The notes beneath the pieces are model-generated. The model saw only the letters and a list, made by a program, of their open reading frames with translations, was not told the DNA's origin and ran no database searches. Shown in pieces: positions 12,694 through 22,575 of a DNA stretch of 64,000 nucleotides (positions are counted from its first letter, which is position 1; each line of letters opens with the position of its first letter). Source of the stretch: Gammaproteobacteria bacterium (GTDB lineage Bacteria > Pseudomonadota > Gammaproteobacteria > CAJXQU01); the NCBI GenBank assembly GCA_965238175.1, contig CBDEGZ010000003.1, positions 32,001 through 96,000 of the forward strand, written 5' to 3'. A program made the position numbers and the translations under genes.

Positions 12694-13047
12694 ATGGAAA
12701 TCTATAAAGAATTTAGTATCGAAGCTGCACATCGTTTACCTAATCTGGCGGATAATCATAAGTGTTCTCGTTTACATGGACACTCATTTTTGATCAGAAT
12801 TTGTGTCGAAGGTGAAGTTGATCCTGACACAGGTTGGATTATCGATTTTGCCGAAATTAAAAAGGCCTATAAGCCAGTTTTTGATCAACTTGATCATCAC
12901 TATCTAAATGAGATTGAAGGCTTAGAAAATCCAACCAGCGAAAATCTGGCGAAATGGATCTGGGATCGTTTAAAACCAGAATTAACCTTGTTATCAAAAG
13001 TGATCATAAAAGAAACTTGTACCTCCGGCTGTGTTTATACCGGCTGA
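12694..13047 (+). CDS. queD: 6-carboxytetrahydropterin synthase
   Basis: [35 protein letters not shown]. Confidence 0.95.
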   Translation: MEIYKEFSIEAAHRLPNLADNHKCSRLHGHSFLIRICVEGEVDPDTGWIIDFAEIKKAYKPVFDQLDHHYLNEIEGLENPTSENLAKWIWDRLKPELTLLSKVIIKETCTSGCVYTG

Positions 13048-13077
13048 ACACAACTATACAAAGATTAGGAAACAAAA

Positions 13078-13476
13078 ATGACTAGACAAATCATCAGTAC
13101 TGACAAAGCACCACAAGCAATTGGAACCTATTCACAAGCGGTCAAAGTGGGAACAACGGTTTATCTGTCTGGGCAAATACCCTTAGTGCCCGAAACAATG
13201 GAATTGGTTGAGGGCGATATGCGCGCTCAAATTGTACGCGTGTTTGACAACCTTACTGCCGTGGCCGAAGCGGCGGGTGGCTCATTGGCTGATATTTCAA
13301 AATTGAATATCTTTTTAACCGACTTAAGTCACTTCCCATTAGTTAATGAGGTGATGGCGGAATACTTTGTTCAGCCCTATCCCGCACGAGCTGCAGTAGG
13401 CGTTGCACAATTGCCGAAGGCTTCGCAGGTGGAAATGGATGCCATAATGGAGTTATTAAATATCCAAGATACCTAA
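13078..13476 (+). CDS. ridA: RidA/YjgF family enamine deaminase
   Basis: [27 protein letters not shown]. Confidence 0.9.
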   Translation: MTRQIISTDKAPQAIGTYSQAVKVGTTVYLSGQIPLVPETMELVEGDMRAQIVRVFDNLTAVAEAAGGSLADISKLNIFLTDLSHFPLVNEVMAEYFVQPYPARAAVGVAQLPKASQVEMDAIMELLNIQDT

Positions 13477-13619
13477 GAATGCCGGTCTATAACACATTTG
13501 TTTTCATCCAGTGCATCGTTTTTCCTCCTTACAGGGAGTGGTCATGCGCGTCGTCGTGCCTTGTCCTGAATGAAAACAAACCCACTTTAAATCCTGCATT
13601 CTTAGGTATCTTGGGTATA
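13459..13619. repeat. ERIC-like MITE with terminal inverted repeats, overlapping the ridA stop codon
   Basis: atatccaagatacctaagaatgc ... gcattcttaggtatcttgggtat, plus inner pair tttgttttcatccag/ctgaatgaaaacaaa. Confidence 0.85.
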
Positions 13620-13644
13620 AGACGGGACAACGTTTGATCACGTT

Positions 13645-15753
13645 ATGACCGAGCAACGGTCAAAAACCCCCATAACCACTTTAAAAGGTGTTGGCCTTCG
13701 TGTCGCTGAACGCCTGGAAAAGATTGGGATAAAAGAAATCCAGGATCTCCTTTTTCATCTTCCATTACGCTACCAGGATCGTACGCGAATTATACCGATT
13801 GGTTCGGCGTTACATGGAAGCCAAATAGCCGTTCAAGGCGAAATAGAATTATCTCAAGTCAAGTTTGGTCGACGGCGTTCTCTACTATGTCGGATAAGTG
13901 ATGGAACTGGAGCACTAACCTTACGTTTTTTTCATTTCTCCGCAGCACAACAAAAAAATCTCTCTAAAGGATTGCGTATTATTTGTTTTGGTGAAATTCG
14001 TAGTGGTCCAACAACATTAGAAATGGTGCATCCAGAATATCGAGTGGTTGGAGAAGATGAAAAAATCCTACAGATGGAAGATTCGTTGACACCGGTTTAC
14101 CCAACGACGGAAGGTTTGCATCAGATCAGTTTACGGAAGCTAACCGATCAAGTTCTCTCATTGTTAGCGGCTGATCAAAATAATTTTCTCGAAGATTATT
14201 TTTTGAAGTTGGAGAAAATAAAACCAAAACAAAAAATTCTCAACGATTGGGGGCTTTCAGAGGCAATTCAGTTTGTGCATCGGCCACCACCAGAAGCAGA
14301 AGTTAATCAGCTTATTACCGGGCAACATTCTGCTCAAAAAAGATTGGTGTTTGAAGAATTACTTGCGCATCAGTTAAGTAAGAAATTAAGTCGTAAAGAA
14401 TTTAAAGATCAAAAGGCCCCTTCCTTACAAGCTAATGGAATATTAGCGAAGGAATTACTCACCTCATTACCCTTTGAACCAACGTCAGCACAACAACGTG
14501 TGACGAAAGAAATTCAGAATGACTTGATCAAAAGTCAACCAATGTCACGACTGGTTCAGGGTGATGTTGGTTCAGGAAAAACATTGGTTGCAGCGATGGC
14601 AGCATTGCAGGCGATAGAAGCTGGATTTCAAGTTGCGATTATGGCACCGACTGAATTATTAGCTGAGCAACATTTAAAAATATTTCAACAATGGTTGAAG
14701 CCTTTGAATATTCCAATTATCTGGATTTCTGGCAAGCTTAAAGCCGCAGAAAAAAGACAAGCTTTGTTAGACATTTCAGAGACTGATAAATGTGTTGTGA
14801 TCGGTACGCACGCGTTGTTTCAACAAAGTGTTGAATTCAAAAAATTAGGGTTGAGTATTGTTGATGAACAACATCGTTTTGGCGTGCATCAACGTTTAGC
14901 ACTCCGAGAAAAAGGCAAGGTGGATGGCAATACCACACATCAATTAATCATGACGGCTACGCCGATCCCGCGTACGCTGGCTATGACTGCCTATGCCGAT
15001 CTTGATGTATCTGTTATAGATGAATTACCCGCAGGTCGGCAACCGGTGACAACATCGGTTATTCCGGAACTTCGACGTGAAGAAATCATTGAACGAATTT
15101 CGGATATTTGTCATCAAGGTCGGCAGGTATATTGGGTCTGTACTTTAATAGAAGAATCAGAAACTTTGCAATGCCAGACCGCAACCGAAACCGCAAGTTT
15201 GTTAGCGGAAAGTTTGGATGGTTTAAAAGTGGGATTGATCCATGGTCGTTTAGATAAAGATCAAAAAAATACTGTTATGCAAACATTTCACTCTGGTGAA
15301 ATTGATCTGCTTGTTGCAACAACGGTGATTGAGGTTGGGGTTGATGTACCAAATGCAAGCTTAATGATCATCGAAAATGCCGAGCGATTAGGGCTTGCAC
15401 AATTGCATCAGTTGCGCGGTCGAGTCGGACGTGGTTCGCGTAAAAGTGATTGCGTATTGATGTATCATTCTCCTCTTTCTGATCATGGCAAAGCGCGACT
15501 GGCGATTATGCGAGAAACCAATGATGGTTTTAAAATATCACAAAAAGATCTCGAGTTGCGCGGGCCAGGTGAGTTTCTCGGAACACGGCAAGCGGGTTCA
15601 ATGCGTTTTAAAATAGCCGATTTAATGCGTGATCAGGATCTGGTTCCCGAGGTTGAAAAAACAGCCGTGCAAATAATGAAAACAAATACGGAAATCATAG
15701 AACCTTTGATCCAACGTTGGATGATCCATGGTATTGACTACGCGGATGTTTAA
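13645..15753 (+). CDS. recG: ATP-dependent DNA helicase RecG
   Basis: QGDVGSGKT, DEQHRFGV, MTATPIPRT, QLRGRVGRG, DLELRGPGE. Confidence 0.98.
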   Translation: MTEQRSKTPITTLKGVGLRVAERLEKIGIKEIQDLLFHLPLRYQDRTRIIPIGSALHGSQIAVQGEIELSQVKFGRRRSLLCRISDGTGALTLRFFHFSAAQQKNLSKGLRIICFGEIRSGPTTLEMVHPEYRVVGEDEKILQMEDSLTPVYPTTEGLHQISLRKLTDQVLSLLAADQNNFLEDYFLKLEKIKPKQKILNDWGLSEAIQFVHRPPPEAEVNQLITGQHSAQKRLVFEELLAHQLSKKLSRKEFKDQKAPSLQANGILAKELLTSLPFEPTSAQQRVTKEIQNDLIKSQPMSRLVQGDVGSGKTLVAAMAALQAIEAGFQVAIMAPTELLAEQHLKIFQQWLKPLNIPIIWISGKLKAAEKRQALLDISETDKCVVIGTHALFQQSVEFKKLGLSIVDEQHRFGVHQRLALREKGKVDGNTTHQLIMTATPIPRTLAMTAYADLDVSVIDELPAGRQPVTTSVIPELRREEIIERISDICHQGRQVYWVCTLIEESETLQCQTATETASLLAESLDGLKVGLIHGRLDKDQKNTVMQTFHSGEIDLLVATTVIEVGVDVPNASLMIIENAERLGLAQLHQLRGRVGRGSRKSDCVLMYHSPLSDHGKARLAIMRETNDGFKISQKDLELRGPGEFLGTRQAGSMRFKIADLMRDQDLVPEVEKTAVQIMKTNTEIIEPLIQRWMIHGIDYADV

Positions 15754-15756
15754 AGA

Positions 15757-16638
15757 ATGACTAAAGCATGTCTAAGCTTAAAGGAAAGGTTAGTCCAATA
15801 TGCGCTGCTGATGAGGTTGGATAAGCCTGTTGGTATTTATCTTTTGTTGTGGCCAACTTTATGGGCAATCTGGATTGCTTCCGAAGGTAAGCCAGATCCA
15901 TTAGTTTTATTTGTATTTGTTGCTGGCGTAGTTTTGATGCGATCAGCTGGATGTGTCATCAATGATTTTTTTGATCGAAAAATTGATGTTCATGTCAAAA
16001 GGACCGCAGCTCGACCGATTGCAGCAGGTCGAGTGTCGGGCAAAGAAGCAATCATTTTATTTATGCTGCTGTGTGTAATCGCATTCAGCCTGGTATTATT
16101 AACGAATAGCCTGACAATCAAACTTTCTTTTGTAGCTGTTTTGCTCGCGGTGTCCTATCCTTTAATGAAACGTTTTACCAATCTTCCACAATTTTATCTT
16201 GGTCTTGCCTTTGGTTGGGCAATACCGATGTCCTTTGCCGCGATTCAGAATACGGTTCCAAAAGTTGCATGGATTTTGTTGCTGGCGACGATGATTTGGG
16301 CGGTGATCTACGACACGATGTATGCGATGGTGGATTATGAAGATGATCTAAAAATTGGCGTCAAATCAACAGCAATATTATTTGGTGAACATGATCGAAT
16401 GATTATTGGGATCCTGCAATTTTTGATGTTGGCCCTGCTTTTTTGGGCAGGAACGATGATCAGCTTGGACTGGCCCTTACATTTGTCGTTATTGATCGCA
16501 GCGGTGCTGATGTTAAAACACCGAGTGATGATCCGTGATAGAGATAACGATAAATGTTTTCAGGCGTTTAAACAAAACCACTGGATAGGAGTTGTTATTT
16601 TGTTAGGGATTATTTTTAGTTATATAAATAAACAGTAG
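15757..16638 (+). CDS. ubiA: 4-hydroxybenzoate polyprenyltransferase
   Basis: MRLDKPVG, GCVINDFFDR, YDTMYAMVD..DD.KIGVKSTA. Confidence 0.96.
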   Translation: MTKACLSLKERLVQYALLMRLDKPVGIYLLLWPTLWAIWIASEGKPDPLVLFVFVAGVVLMRSAGCVINDFFDRKIDVHVKRTAARPIAAGRVSGKEAIILFMLLCVIAFSLVLLTNSLTIKLSFVAVLLAVSYPLMKRFTNLPQFYLGLAFGWAIPMSFAAIQNTVPKVAWILLLATMIWAVIYDTMYAMVDYEDDLKIGVKSTAILFGEHDRMIIGILQFLMLALLFWAGTMISLDWPLHLSLLIAAVLMLKHRVMIRDRDNDKCFQAFKQNHWIGVVILLGIIFSYINKQ

Positions 16639-16645
16639 GACATCT

Positions 16646-17032
16646 ATGTGGCTCGTAATTGCTTTAAATCTTCTATACGGTCCTTACAATGCCACGGTGC
16701 AATCAGTGATTGATGCAGAAACGTTAAGGTTGGAAGTTGCTGTTTGGCCAGGTGAAGAAAAATTGATCGATATAGGTGTGTTGGGTGTCGATGCCCCTTC
16801 AATTGATGGAGCATGTGATGTGGAGAAGCTGCTAGCAAAAGAAGCGGCTGAATTGACGCGAGTTTTTATCGGTAAACAAGTGCGACTGACAGATGTTCGA
16901 CGTTCGACGAAAAATAATAAAGTGTATGCAAAAATCAGAAATATTCGCGGCAAATTATTGCGAGACGCTTTGATCCAAAGTGGCTATGGGGTACCTTACG
17001 ATAAAGATAAAAAAGCAAGTTGGTGTCCTTGA
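16646..17032 (+). CDS. Thermonuclease (SNase)-family protein with degenerate active site
   Basis: VIDAET / GVDAPS / C..EK..A..A / SWC resemble SNase VIDGDT...GIDAPE; AGGA RBS. Confidence 0.7.
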   Translation: MWLVIALNLLYGPYNATVQSVIDAETLRLEVAVWPGEEKLIDIGVLGVDAPSIDGACDVEKLLAKEAAELTRVFIGKQVRLTDVRRSTKNNKVYAKIRNIRGKLLRDALIQSGYGVPYDKDKKASWCP

Positions 17033-17142
17033 CTTTTACCAAAATTAAAGGGAACAGTTAACTTTAAAACCTGAGAACGGTTTAGGCATTAGTGCCCGTT
17101 GCTTAAACCAATCTGAGGGAATTAATATCTGATGCCTAGCTT

Positions 17143-17158
17143 TGTGATCTAAATCGCA
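17143..17158 (+). promoter_or_regulatory. Putative CRP-family binding site
   Basis: TGTGA-tctaaa-TCGCA, one mismatch to TGTGA-N6-TCACA, about 90 bp upstream of the HD gene. Confidence 0.5.
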
Positions 17159-17245
17159 TTTCTGAAGTATTGTTTTGGTTTATAGTGGCCTACATTATGC
17201 AACTACAGTCATCAAAAGAATTTTAGATGAAGTTCATACAGCAGA

Positions 17246-18040
17246 ATGCTTGATATAACCAAAATATTGTCGGATAAATTTGTCGAGTGTCTCGTTGATG
17301 GATACCGATCTGAGTTTAATGATGAACATCCTGAATACCAAGATCTGATCAAAAATACTGTCGAACGGATTGTTGTTATCATTTCAAGTAGTAATACTCT
17401 CTATCATAATGTGGAGCATACCATTCAAGTGACACTTGTAGGACAAGCTATTCTGCAAGGAAAACGAACTGTCGATGATAGCGTGACACCAGAAATTTGG
17501 TTGAATTTCATAATTGCATTGTTATGCCATGACATAGGTTATGTATCTGGAATATGTTCATCTGATTGCCAAGAAAATGTACCCAACCTAGCAAGTAATG
17601 CGAAACTAATGTCAGTACATATTGATCGTGGTAAACAATTTGTGGCTGAGGTCTTCTCTGAACAGTCTGAAATTGAACTAGAATTTATTCAACAATGTAT
17701 AGAACGTACTCGTTTTCCCGTTATGGATACAGAAGAAGCTCAACAGACAGATGATTTTCCTGGACTTGTTCGTGGTGCTGATTTGGTTGGGCAGGTGAGT
17801 GACCCTCGTTATATTAATAAATTACCCGCTGTATTTTTTGAATTTGAAGAATCTGGGTTTAACCAAATTACAGGATATAAACAACCGGGTGATCTTTTAA
17901 AAAATTATGCTGATTTCTATAGGAGTTCTATCGAACCTTATGTCAAAGAATCGATAGAATATTTGAGAAGAACCCAAGTCGGGCGGGATATTCTAAGCTA
18001 TCATGATCAGAATATTGCCTTCGCTATTAAATCCACTTGA
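17246..18040 (+). CDS. HD-domain metal-dependent phosphohydrolase (Npun_R2479-like)
   Basis: YHNVEHT, LCHDIGY, HIDRG, RTRFP, ADLVGQ.SDPRY. Confidence 0.8.
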   Translation: MLDITKILSDKFVECLVDGYRSEFNDEHPEYQDLIKNTVERIVVIISSSNTLYHNVEHTIQVTLVGQAILQGKRTVDDSVTPEIWLNFIIALLCHDIGYVSGICSSDCQENVPNLASNAKLMSVHIDRGKQFVAEVFSEQSEIELEFIQQCIERTRFPVMDTEEAQQTDDFPGLVRGADLVGQVSDPRYINKLPAVFFEFEESGFNQITGYKQPGDLLKNYADFYRSSIEPYVKESIEYLRRTQVGRDILSYHDQNIAFAIKST

Positions 18041-18126
18041 TCAAGATATCATCGCAATTACATACAAGTTTATGTAGTATCGCGCCTTTTCTATATTTTT
18101 GAGACTAATTATTTCGAATCGGAGCT

Positions 18127-18423
18127 ATGATACTTACTAAAAAGCAGAGCAAATATTTACGTTCATTAGCACATAGCTTGAACCCAGTTGTGCGTATTGG
18201 TCAGAATGGTCTGACAGAGAATGTGCTCGAAGAAGTAAAAAATGCGCTGGAATATCATGAGTTGATCAAACTAAAGATAAATGTTGGTGAACGACAGGAG
18301 CGTGACAACGTTTTGCTGAAAATTTGTGAAGAGACAAAATCTAAATGTATTCAAAAAATCGGTAATACTGCGACCCTATTCCGTAGGAATCCTCAAAAAC
18401 CAGTTATTTCTTTGGCAAAATGA
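18127..18423 (+). CDS. yhbY: Ribosome assembly RNA-binding protein YhbY
   Basis: LRSLAHSLNPVVRIGQNGL, HELIK.K, QKIG. Confidence 0.95.
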   Translation: MILTKKQSKYLRSLAHSLNPVVRIGQNGLTENVLEEVKNALEYHELIKLKINVGERQERDNVLLKICEETKSKCIQKIGNTATLFRRNPQKPVISLAK

Positions 18424-18519
18424 TTGTAATTTCTAAAGAAAAAGCCAACAACGACACTTAATACATCAACATCAAAGGAATACACAAATAAATAGTTTTC
18501 GAAATGTTGAGTAAGATAA

Positions 18520-19064
18520 ATGGGTACGGATCAAAGGGTTCATCAGATATTAACTAGTCTCCCCTGAAATATAGATAAACTGATGATTTTAAAGGAATAG
18601 GTTATAAACTCTATTAAAATAAACGTCCAAAAAAACAGTGAAATCATGAAAAACTGGCCGATCTGAGAAGTAACTATAACGAGTCAAGCGAAGATACCTA
18701 ATACCAATCACATTCGATGAAACCATTGCCCTAGCGAGAAAACAGTTTAGACGATGCGCGAGGATAAAGCTGGTCATCGGCTACTTAAAAAGCGGCCATC
18801 GCTTAACTGTTAATACCGGCAGCTGCATTCAATTTCAAAAAGTGGATGCGGGACGTTATTTTTTCCATTTATAAAATCATTACGGCAAGTGCTTTTTGTA
18901 AACCAGAACCTGCAACAAGTACAATGTTTGAAATGAATATTTCAGGATCGACTATCTATGATTTGATCGAGCGATATCATCAACGTTCTCTCGCTTTCTT
19001 TATCATGAGTGTTTTAACAACTGGCATTACTATTGGTATTGGGACTCTATCCATTCGACTGTAA
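18520..19064 (+). pseudogene. Small single-TM protein gene interrupted by the IS5 derivative
   Basis: Removing the element and one TA restores a 48-codon ORF MGTDQRVHQILTIYDLIERYHQRSLAFFIMSVLTTGITIGIGTLSIRL. Confidence 0.5.
18557..18952 (+). mobile_element. Internally deleted IS5-family element with decayed transposase C-terminus
   Basis: Ends (ta)gtctcccctgaaatat and atatttcaggatcgac(ta) match 15/18 including the flanking TA. Internal frames RKQFRRCARIKLVIGYLKSGHRL and AAAFNFKKWMR resemble IS5 Tnp RRxxIEPxIGHLKxDHR...AAAFN. Confidence 0.8.
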
Positions 19065-19180
19065 GGTTACTTTTCTGTGAAATAGTCATGTGATAAATTA
19101 ATGCGTTAGCGTATCTGACATGCTAAATTGATCGACCTAGACTGTTCAAACAATACAAAACTTGTAAAGATAAAACTACT

Positions 19181-21226
19181 ATGAAAAACCCTTTGTTAGA
19201 AAAAACCGAGCTGCCCGCGTTCAGTAAAATCAAGCCTGAACATATTGAACCTGCGATAGATGAAATACTTGCGGAAAATAAACGTCGCGTAAAAGAGATC
19301 TTATCCGATCAAAGCCCATCCAGCTGGGAAACCACCATTGAGCCGCTGGAAGATCTGGATGAGAGCCTTAGCCGAGCCTGGTCACCAGTCAAGCACATGA
19401 ATGCAACGGCTAATAATGATGATCTACGTGCTGCTTATAATGCATGCTTACCGAAATTATCGGCCTATTCGACTGAGCTAAGTCAAAACGAGGATTATTA
19501 TCAGGCTTGCAAATCGATCGCTGAGAGTGAGAGTTTCACATCTCTGGAACAAGCACAACAAAAAGTAATAGAAAATGCATTACGTGATTTTCGCTTATCA
19601 GGAATTGAATTAGATCAAAAAGATCAAGATCGTTTTAAAGAACTTCGATTACAACTTTCAAAATACGCAACCAAATTTGAAGAAAATCTGCTCGATTCAA
19701 CCAACGCCTGGAAGAAACACATCACCGATGAAACTCTGCTTTCCGGTTTACCTGAATCAACTAAAGGATTAGCAAAACAAATTGCCGAACATGAAGGACT
19801 GAATGGCTGGGCTCTGAATCTACAATTCCCTTCTTATATGCCTGTCATGACGTATGCAGATAATGCTGAACTGCGTTATGAAATGTATCAGGCCTTTGTG
19901 ACTCGTGCGTCTGATCAAAATGCAAATGATGAAGATGGCAGGTGGGATAACAGTGAGAACATGGAAAAATTGCTTGCCTTGCGCCAGGAAATGGCGACTT
20001 TGTTAGGCTTTAAGCATTATTCGGAATATTCTCTGGCCACTAAAATGGCAGACAATCCTGAGGAAGTATTGAATTTCCTCAATGATCTAGCTAAACGTTC
20101 AAAACCTTTTGCCGAAAAAGACCTGCAAGAACTGCAAGACTTTGCTAACGATGAGTTTGATGTAGATGATCTTCAGGCTTGGGATATGTCTTATTATGCC
20201 GAGAAATTGCGCCAACATCGTTACAATCTTTCTCAAGAAATGCTGCGTCCTTACTTCCCAGCAGCCAAAGTGATCAGTGGACTTTTTCAGGTTGTCGAAC
20301 GACTTTATGGTCTGAAAATCAGCGAGAGAAAAGACGTTGATGTTTGGCATGATGACGTGCAGTTTTTCGAAATTTCCGATCAAAATAATAAACTACGTGG
20401 CAGTTTTTATCTTGATCTCTATGCTCGCCCTCAAAAACGCGGTGGCGCCTGGATGGATGAATGTCAGATCAAAAAAAGAACAAGTAATGGCATACAAAAT
20501 CCGATCGCCTATTTGACCTGTAACTTCACACCGCCCATAGGTGATCAACCTTCGTTATTAACACATTCAGAAGTGACAACCCTCTTTCACGAATTTGGAC
20601 ACGGTTTACACCACATGCTGACAAAAATAGATGTTGCAGGTGTTTCTGGGATCAATGGTGTCGCCTGGGATGCAGTGGAATTACCCAGTCAGTTTATGGA
20701 AAACTGGTGTTGGGAACGTGAAGCGTTAAATCTGTTTAGTGGTCACTTTGAAACCGGCGAAGCGATTAATGATGAACTATTTGAAAAAATGCAGGCGGCG
20801 AAAAACTTCCAGTCTGGATTACAAATGCTGCGCCAACTCGAGTTTTCTTTATTCGACTTCCGTTTACATATGCTCGAAGAAACCTTCAGTCGAGATAAGA
20901 TCCAACAGTTATTAGATCAAATTCGAAGCGAAATTTCGGTCGTGCCTACACCTGAGTTTAATCGATTCCAACATAGCTTTTCACATATCTTCGCTGGCGG
21001 ATATTCGGCAGGATATTACAGTTATAAATGGGCCGAAGTATTATCGGCTGATGCTTTTTCAATGTTTGAAGAACATGGGATTTTTGACAGGGCTACAGGT
21101 GATCGCTTTTTACATGCTATCCTTGAGATGGGTGGTTCGCGAGATGCGATGGAACTGTTTGTTGATTTTCGCGGTCGTAAACCAGACATTGGGCCCCTGT
21201 TAAGACATTCTGGAATTATTGCCTAG
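19181..21226 (+). CDS. prlC: Oligopeptidase A (M3 metallopeptidase)
   Basis: MKNPLL start, KRGGAWM, FHEFGHGLH, VELPSQFMEN, GGYSAGYYSYKWAEVL. Confidence 0.96.
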   Translation: MKNPLLEKTELPAFSKIKPEHIEPAIDEILAENKRRVKEILSDQSPSSWETTIEPLEDLDESLSRAWSPVKHMNATANNDDLRAAYNACLPKLSAYSTELSQNEDYYQACKSIAESESFTSLEQAQQKVIENALRDFRLSGIELDQKDQDRFKELRLQLSKYATKFEENLLDSTNAWKKHITDETLLSGLPESTKGLAKQIAEHEGLNGWALNLQFPSYMPVMTYADNAELRYEMYQAFVTRASDQNANDEDGRWDNSENMEKLLALRQEMATLLGFKHYSEYSLATKMADNPEEVLNFLNDLAKRSKPFAEKDLQELQDFANDEFDVDDLQAWDMSYYAEKLRQHRYNLSQEMLRPYFPAAKVISGLFQVVERLYGLKISERKDVDVWHDDVQFFEISDQNNKLRGSFYLDLYARPQKRGGAWMDECQIKKRTSNGIQNPIAYLTCNFTPPIGDQPSLLTHSEVTTLFHEFGHGLHHMLTKIDVAGVSGINGVAWDAVELPSQFMENWCWEREALNLFSGHFETGEAINDELFEKMQAAKNFQSGLQMLRQLEFSLFDFRLHMLEETFSRDKIQQLLDQIRSEISVVPTPEFNRFQHSFSHIFAGGYSAGYYSYKWAEVLSADAFSMFEEHGIFDRATGDRFLHAILEMGGSRDAMELFVDFRGRKPDIGPLLRHSGIIA

Positions 21227-21294
21227 GAACTAAAATAGTTGAGCTTCTAAGGATTATCAGTTTGTCTTACATTACTAAGTAACATAATAATAAT

Positions 21295-22071
21295 ATGAAA
21301 CTGAATATCACATTACTCTTAATTGCGGGCAGTTTATTAACCTCACCTTTTACAACGGCAAAGTCAGCTTACATTGTCGATCAACTTCTGGTTGGGTTAC
21401 ACCAAGAAAAAGATACCGGTAGTCCGATTATAAAAGTGCTTTCTACCGCAACAGAGGTTGAGCTTATTTTACGCGAAGGTGATTACGCACAAATCCGTGA
21501 AAAAGAAGAAGGTAAAATAGGTTGGGTAGACGCTTCGTATCTGATGTACGACCGGCCAGCCAAACTGCTTCTCGCTGAACTACAAGAAAAAGTGAAAAAC
21601 TTCGAATCACAAGATAGCACTCAAGCATTATTCGCTATGCAAGCGCAACACGAACAAAACTCAAAAGAACTGACCCAACAAATAGACGATCTAACACAAA
21701 GTCTTTCCTCCGAAAAACTCAAAGCAGGTGAATTGGAAGCAGCCATTTCACAACACGAAAAAAAGATCGCCCAAATGGAAGCCAGCATCTCGAATGATGA
21801 AGAACAAAATAATGATTCCAAAGTAACCGAACTAGAAAAACAAGTCAGCGAGCTACAAGCACAACTTGAAAATTCTCATAGCAAAGTTACTGATCAAATG
21901 GGTAATGTACTCACATCAACAGGTTTACCGTCAATGTCAGAAATATTAAATCTGCTCAAAAATAGATTCATACAAATTTCTTTTGCTGTTCTGGCTCTTA
22001 TCGCCTTCTTTGTTGGTCGTCGTTGGGAAGACCATAAAATCAGAAAACGACATGGAGGATTTAGAATATAG
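21295..22071 (+). CDS. SH3-domain, coiled-coil, C-terminal TM protein (YgiM/TIGR04211-like)
   Basis: Signal peptide, SH3-like GKIGWV, long coiled coil, TM then RKRHGGFRI tail. Confidence 0.75.
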   Translation: MKLNITLLLIAGSLLTSPFTTAKSAYIVDQLLVGLHQEKDTGSPIIKVLSTATEVELILREGDYAQIREKEEGKIGWVDASYLMYDRPAKLLLAELQEKVKNFESQDSTQALFAMQAQHEQNSKELTQQIDDLTQSLSSEKLKAGELEAAISQHEKKIAQMEASISNDEEQNNDSKVTELEKQVSELQAQLENSHSKVTDQMGNVLTSTGLPSMSEILNLLKNRFIQISFAVLALIAFFVGRRWEDHKIRKRHGGFRI

Positions 22072-22240
22072 TGAGGCCATAGCAATAATGACCCAAAGCA
22101 GCGTATTTTACTAATCGAATGAGGTAGGTTATAGGTTAAATCACTCGCGATACTTCTCGGTTTGCGCGGAAATGTCGGGAGACAATGATTTCGGTTAAAA
22201 TCGATGATTCTGCTGGAGTCTCTAGTAAATAAAATAACCC

Positions 22241-22470
22241 CAGATCATATATGGACTCCACCACCCTATAGTCGTAGATTGGTACCTACAAAAACCAAAG
22301 GAGTCCAACCATGAATAATCGACCAATCATTTCGCTCGACTTAGCAAAAAAGTGACCCCAAGTTGTAAAGTTAATAAAACAAGGCAAGCTGTTAACTAAT
22401 TAAGGCCATGTCACCTATAAAGGTCAAAGAATTACTCGCCAAAAGTTCCCCTTATATCGTTGGAAAATGT
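22241..22470 (+). mobile_element. IS110-family (IS1111-type) left end and decayed transposase 5' fragment
   Basis: cagatcatatATGGACTCC at 22241-22259, inverted ggagtcca/RBS at 22300, ATG 22311 MNNRPIISLDLAKK*PQV...QGKLL, then frameshifted KAMSPIKVKELLAKSSPYIVG (IS110 IGIDLAK...PCxVxME pattern). Confidence 0.75.
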
Positions 22471-22575
22471 ACTAAAATTTTCATAATGTAAACAATTTTA
22501 AATACATGGAATAAATTTTAGAAATTCATTCCCACCTGGTTTATCTCTGATAGCGAGTAAGGTAATGTTTATTAC

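Noticed and set aside
17078-17139. Overlapping short inverted repeats (ggtttaggc/gcttaaacc and taggcattag/ctgatgccta) as a riboswitch
   Set aside because: Stems are short, no recognisable aptamer, and they lie upstream of the putative CRP site rather than in a leader.
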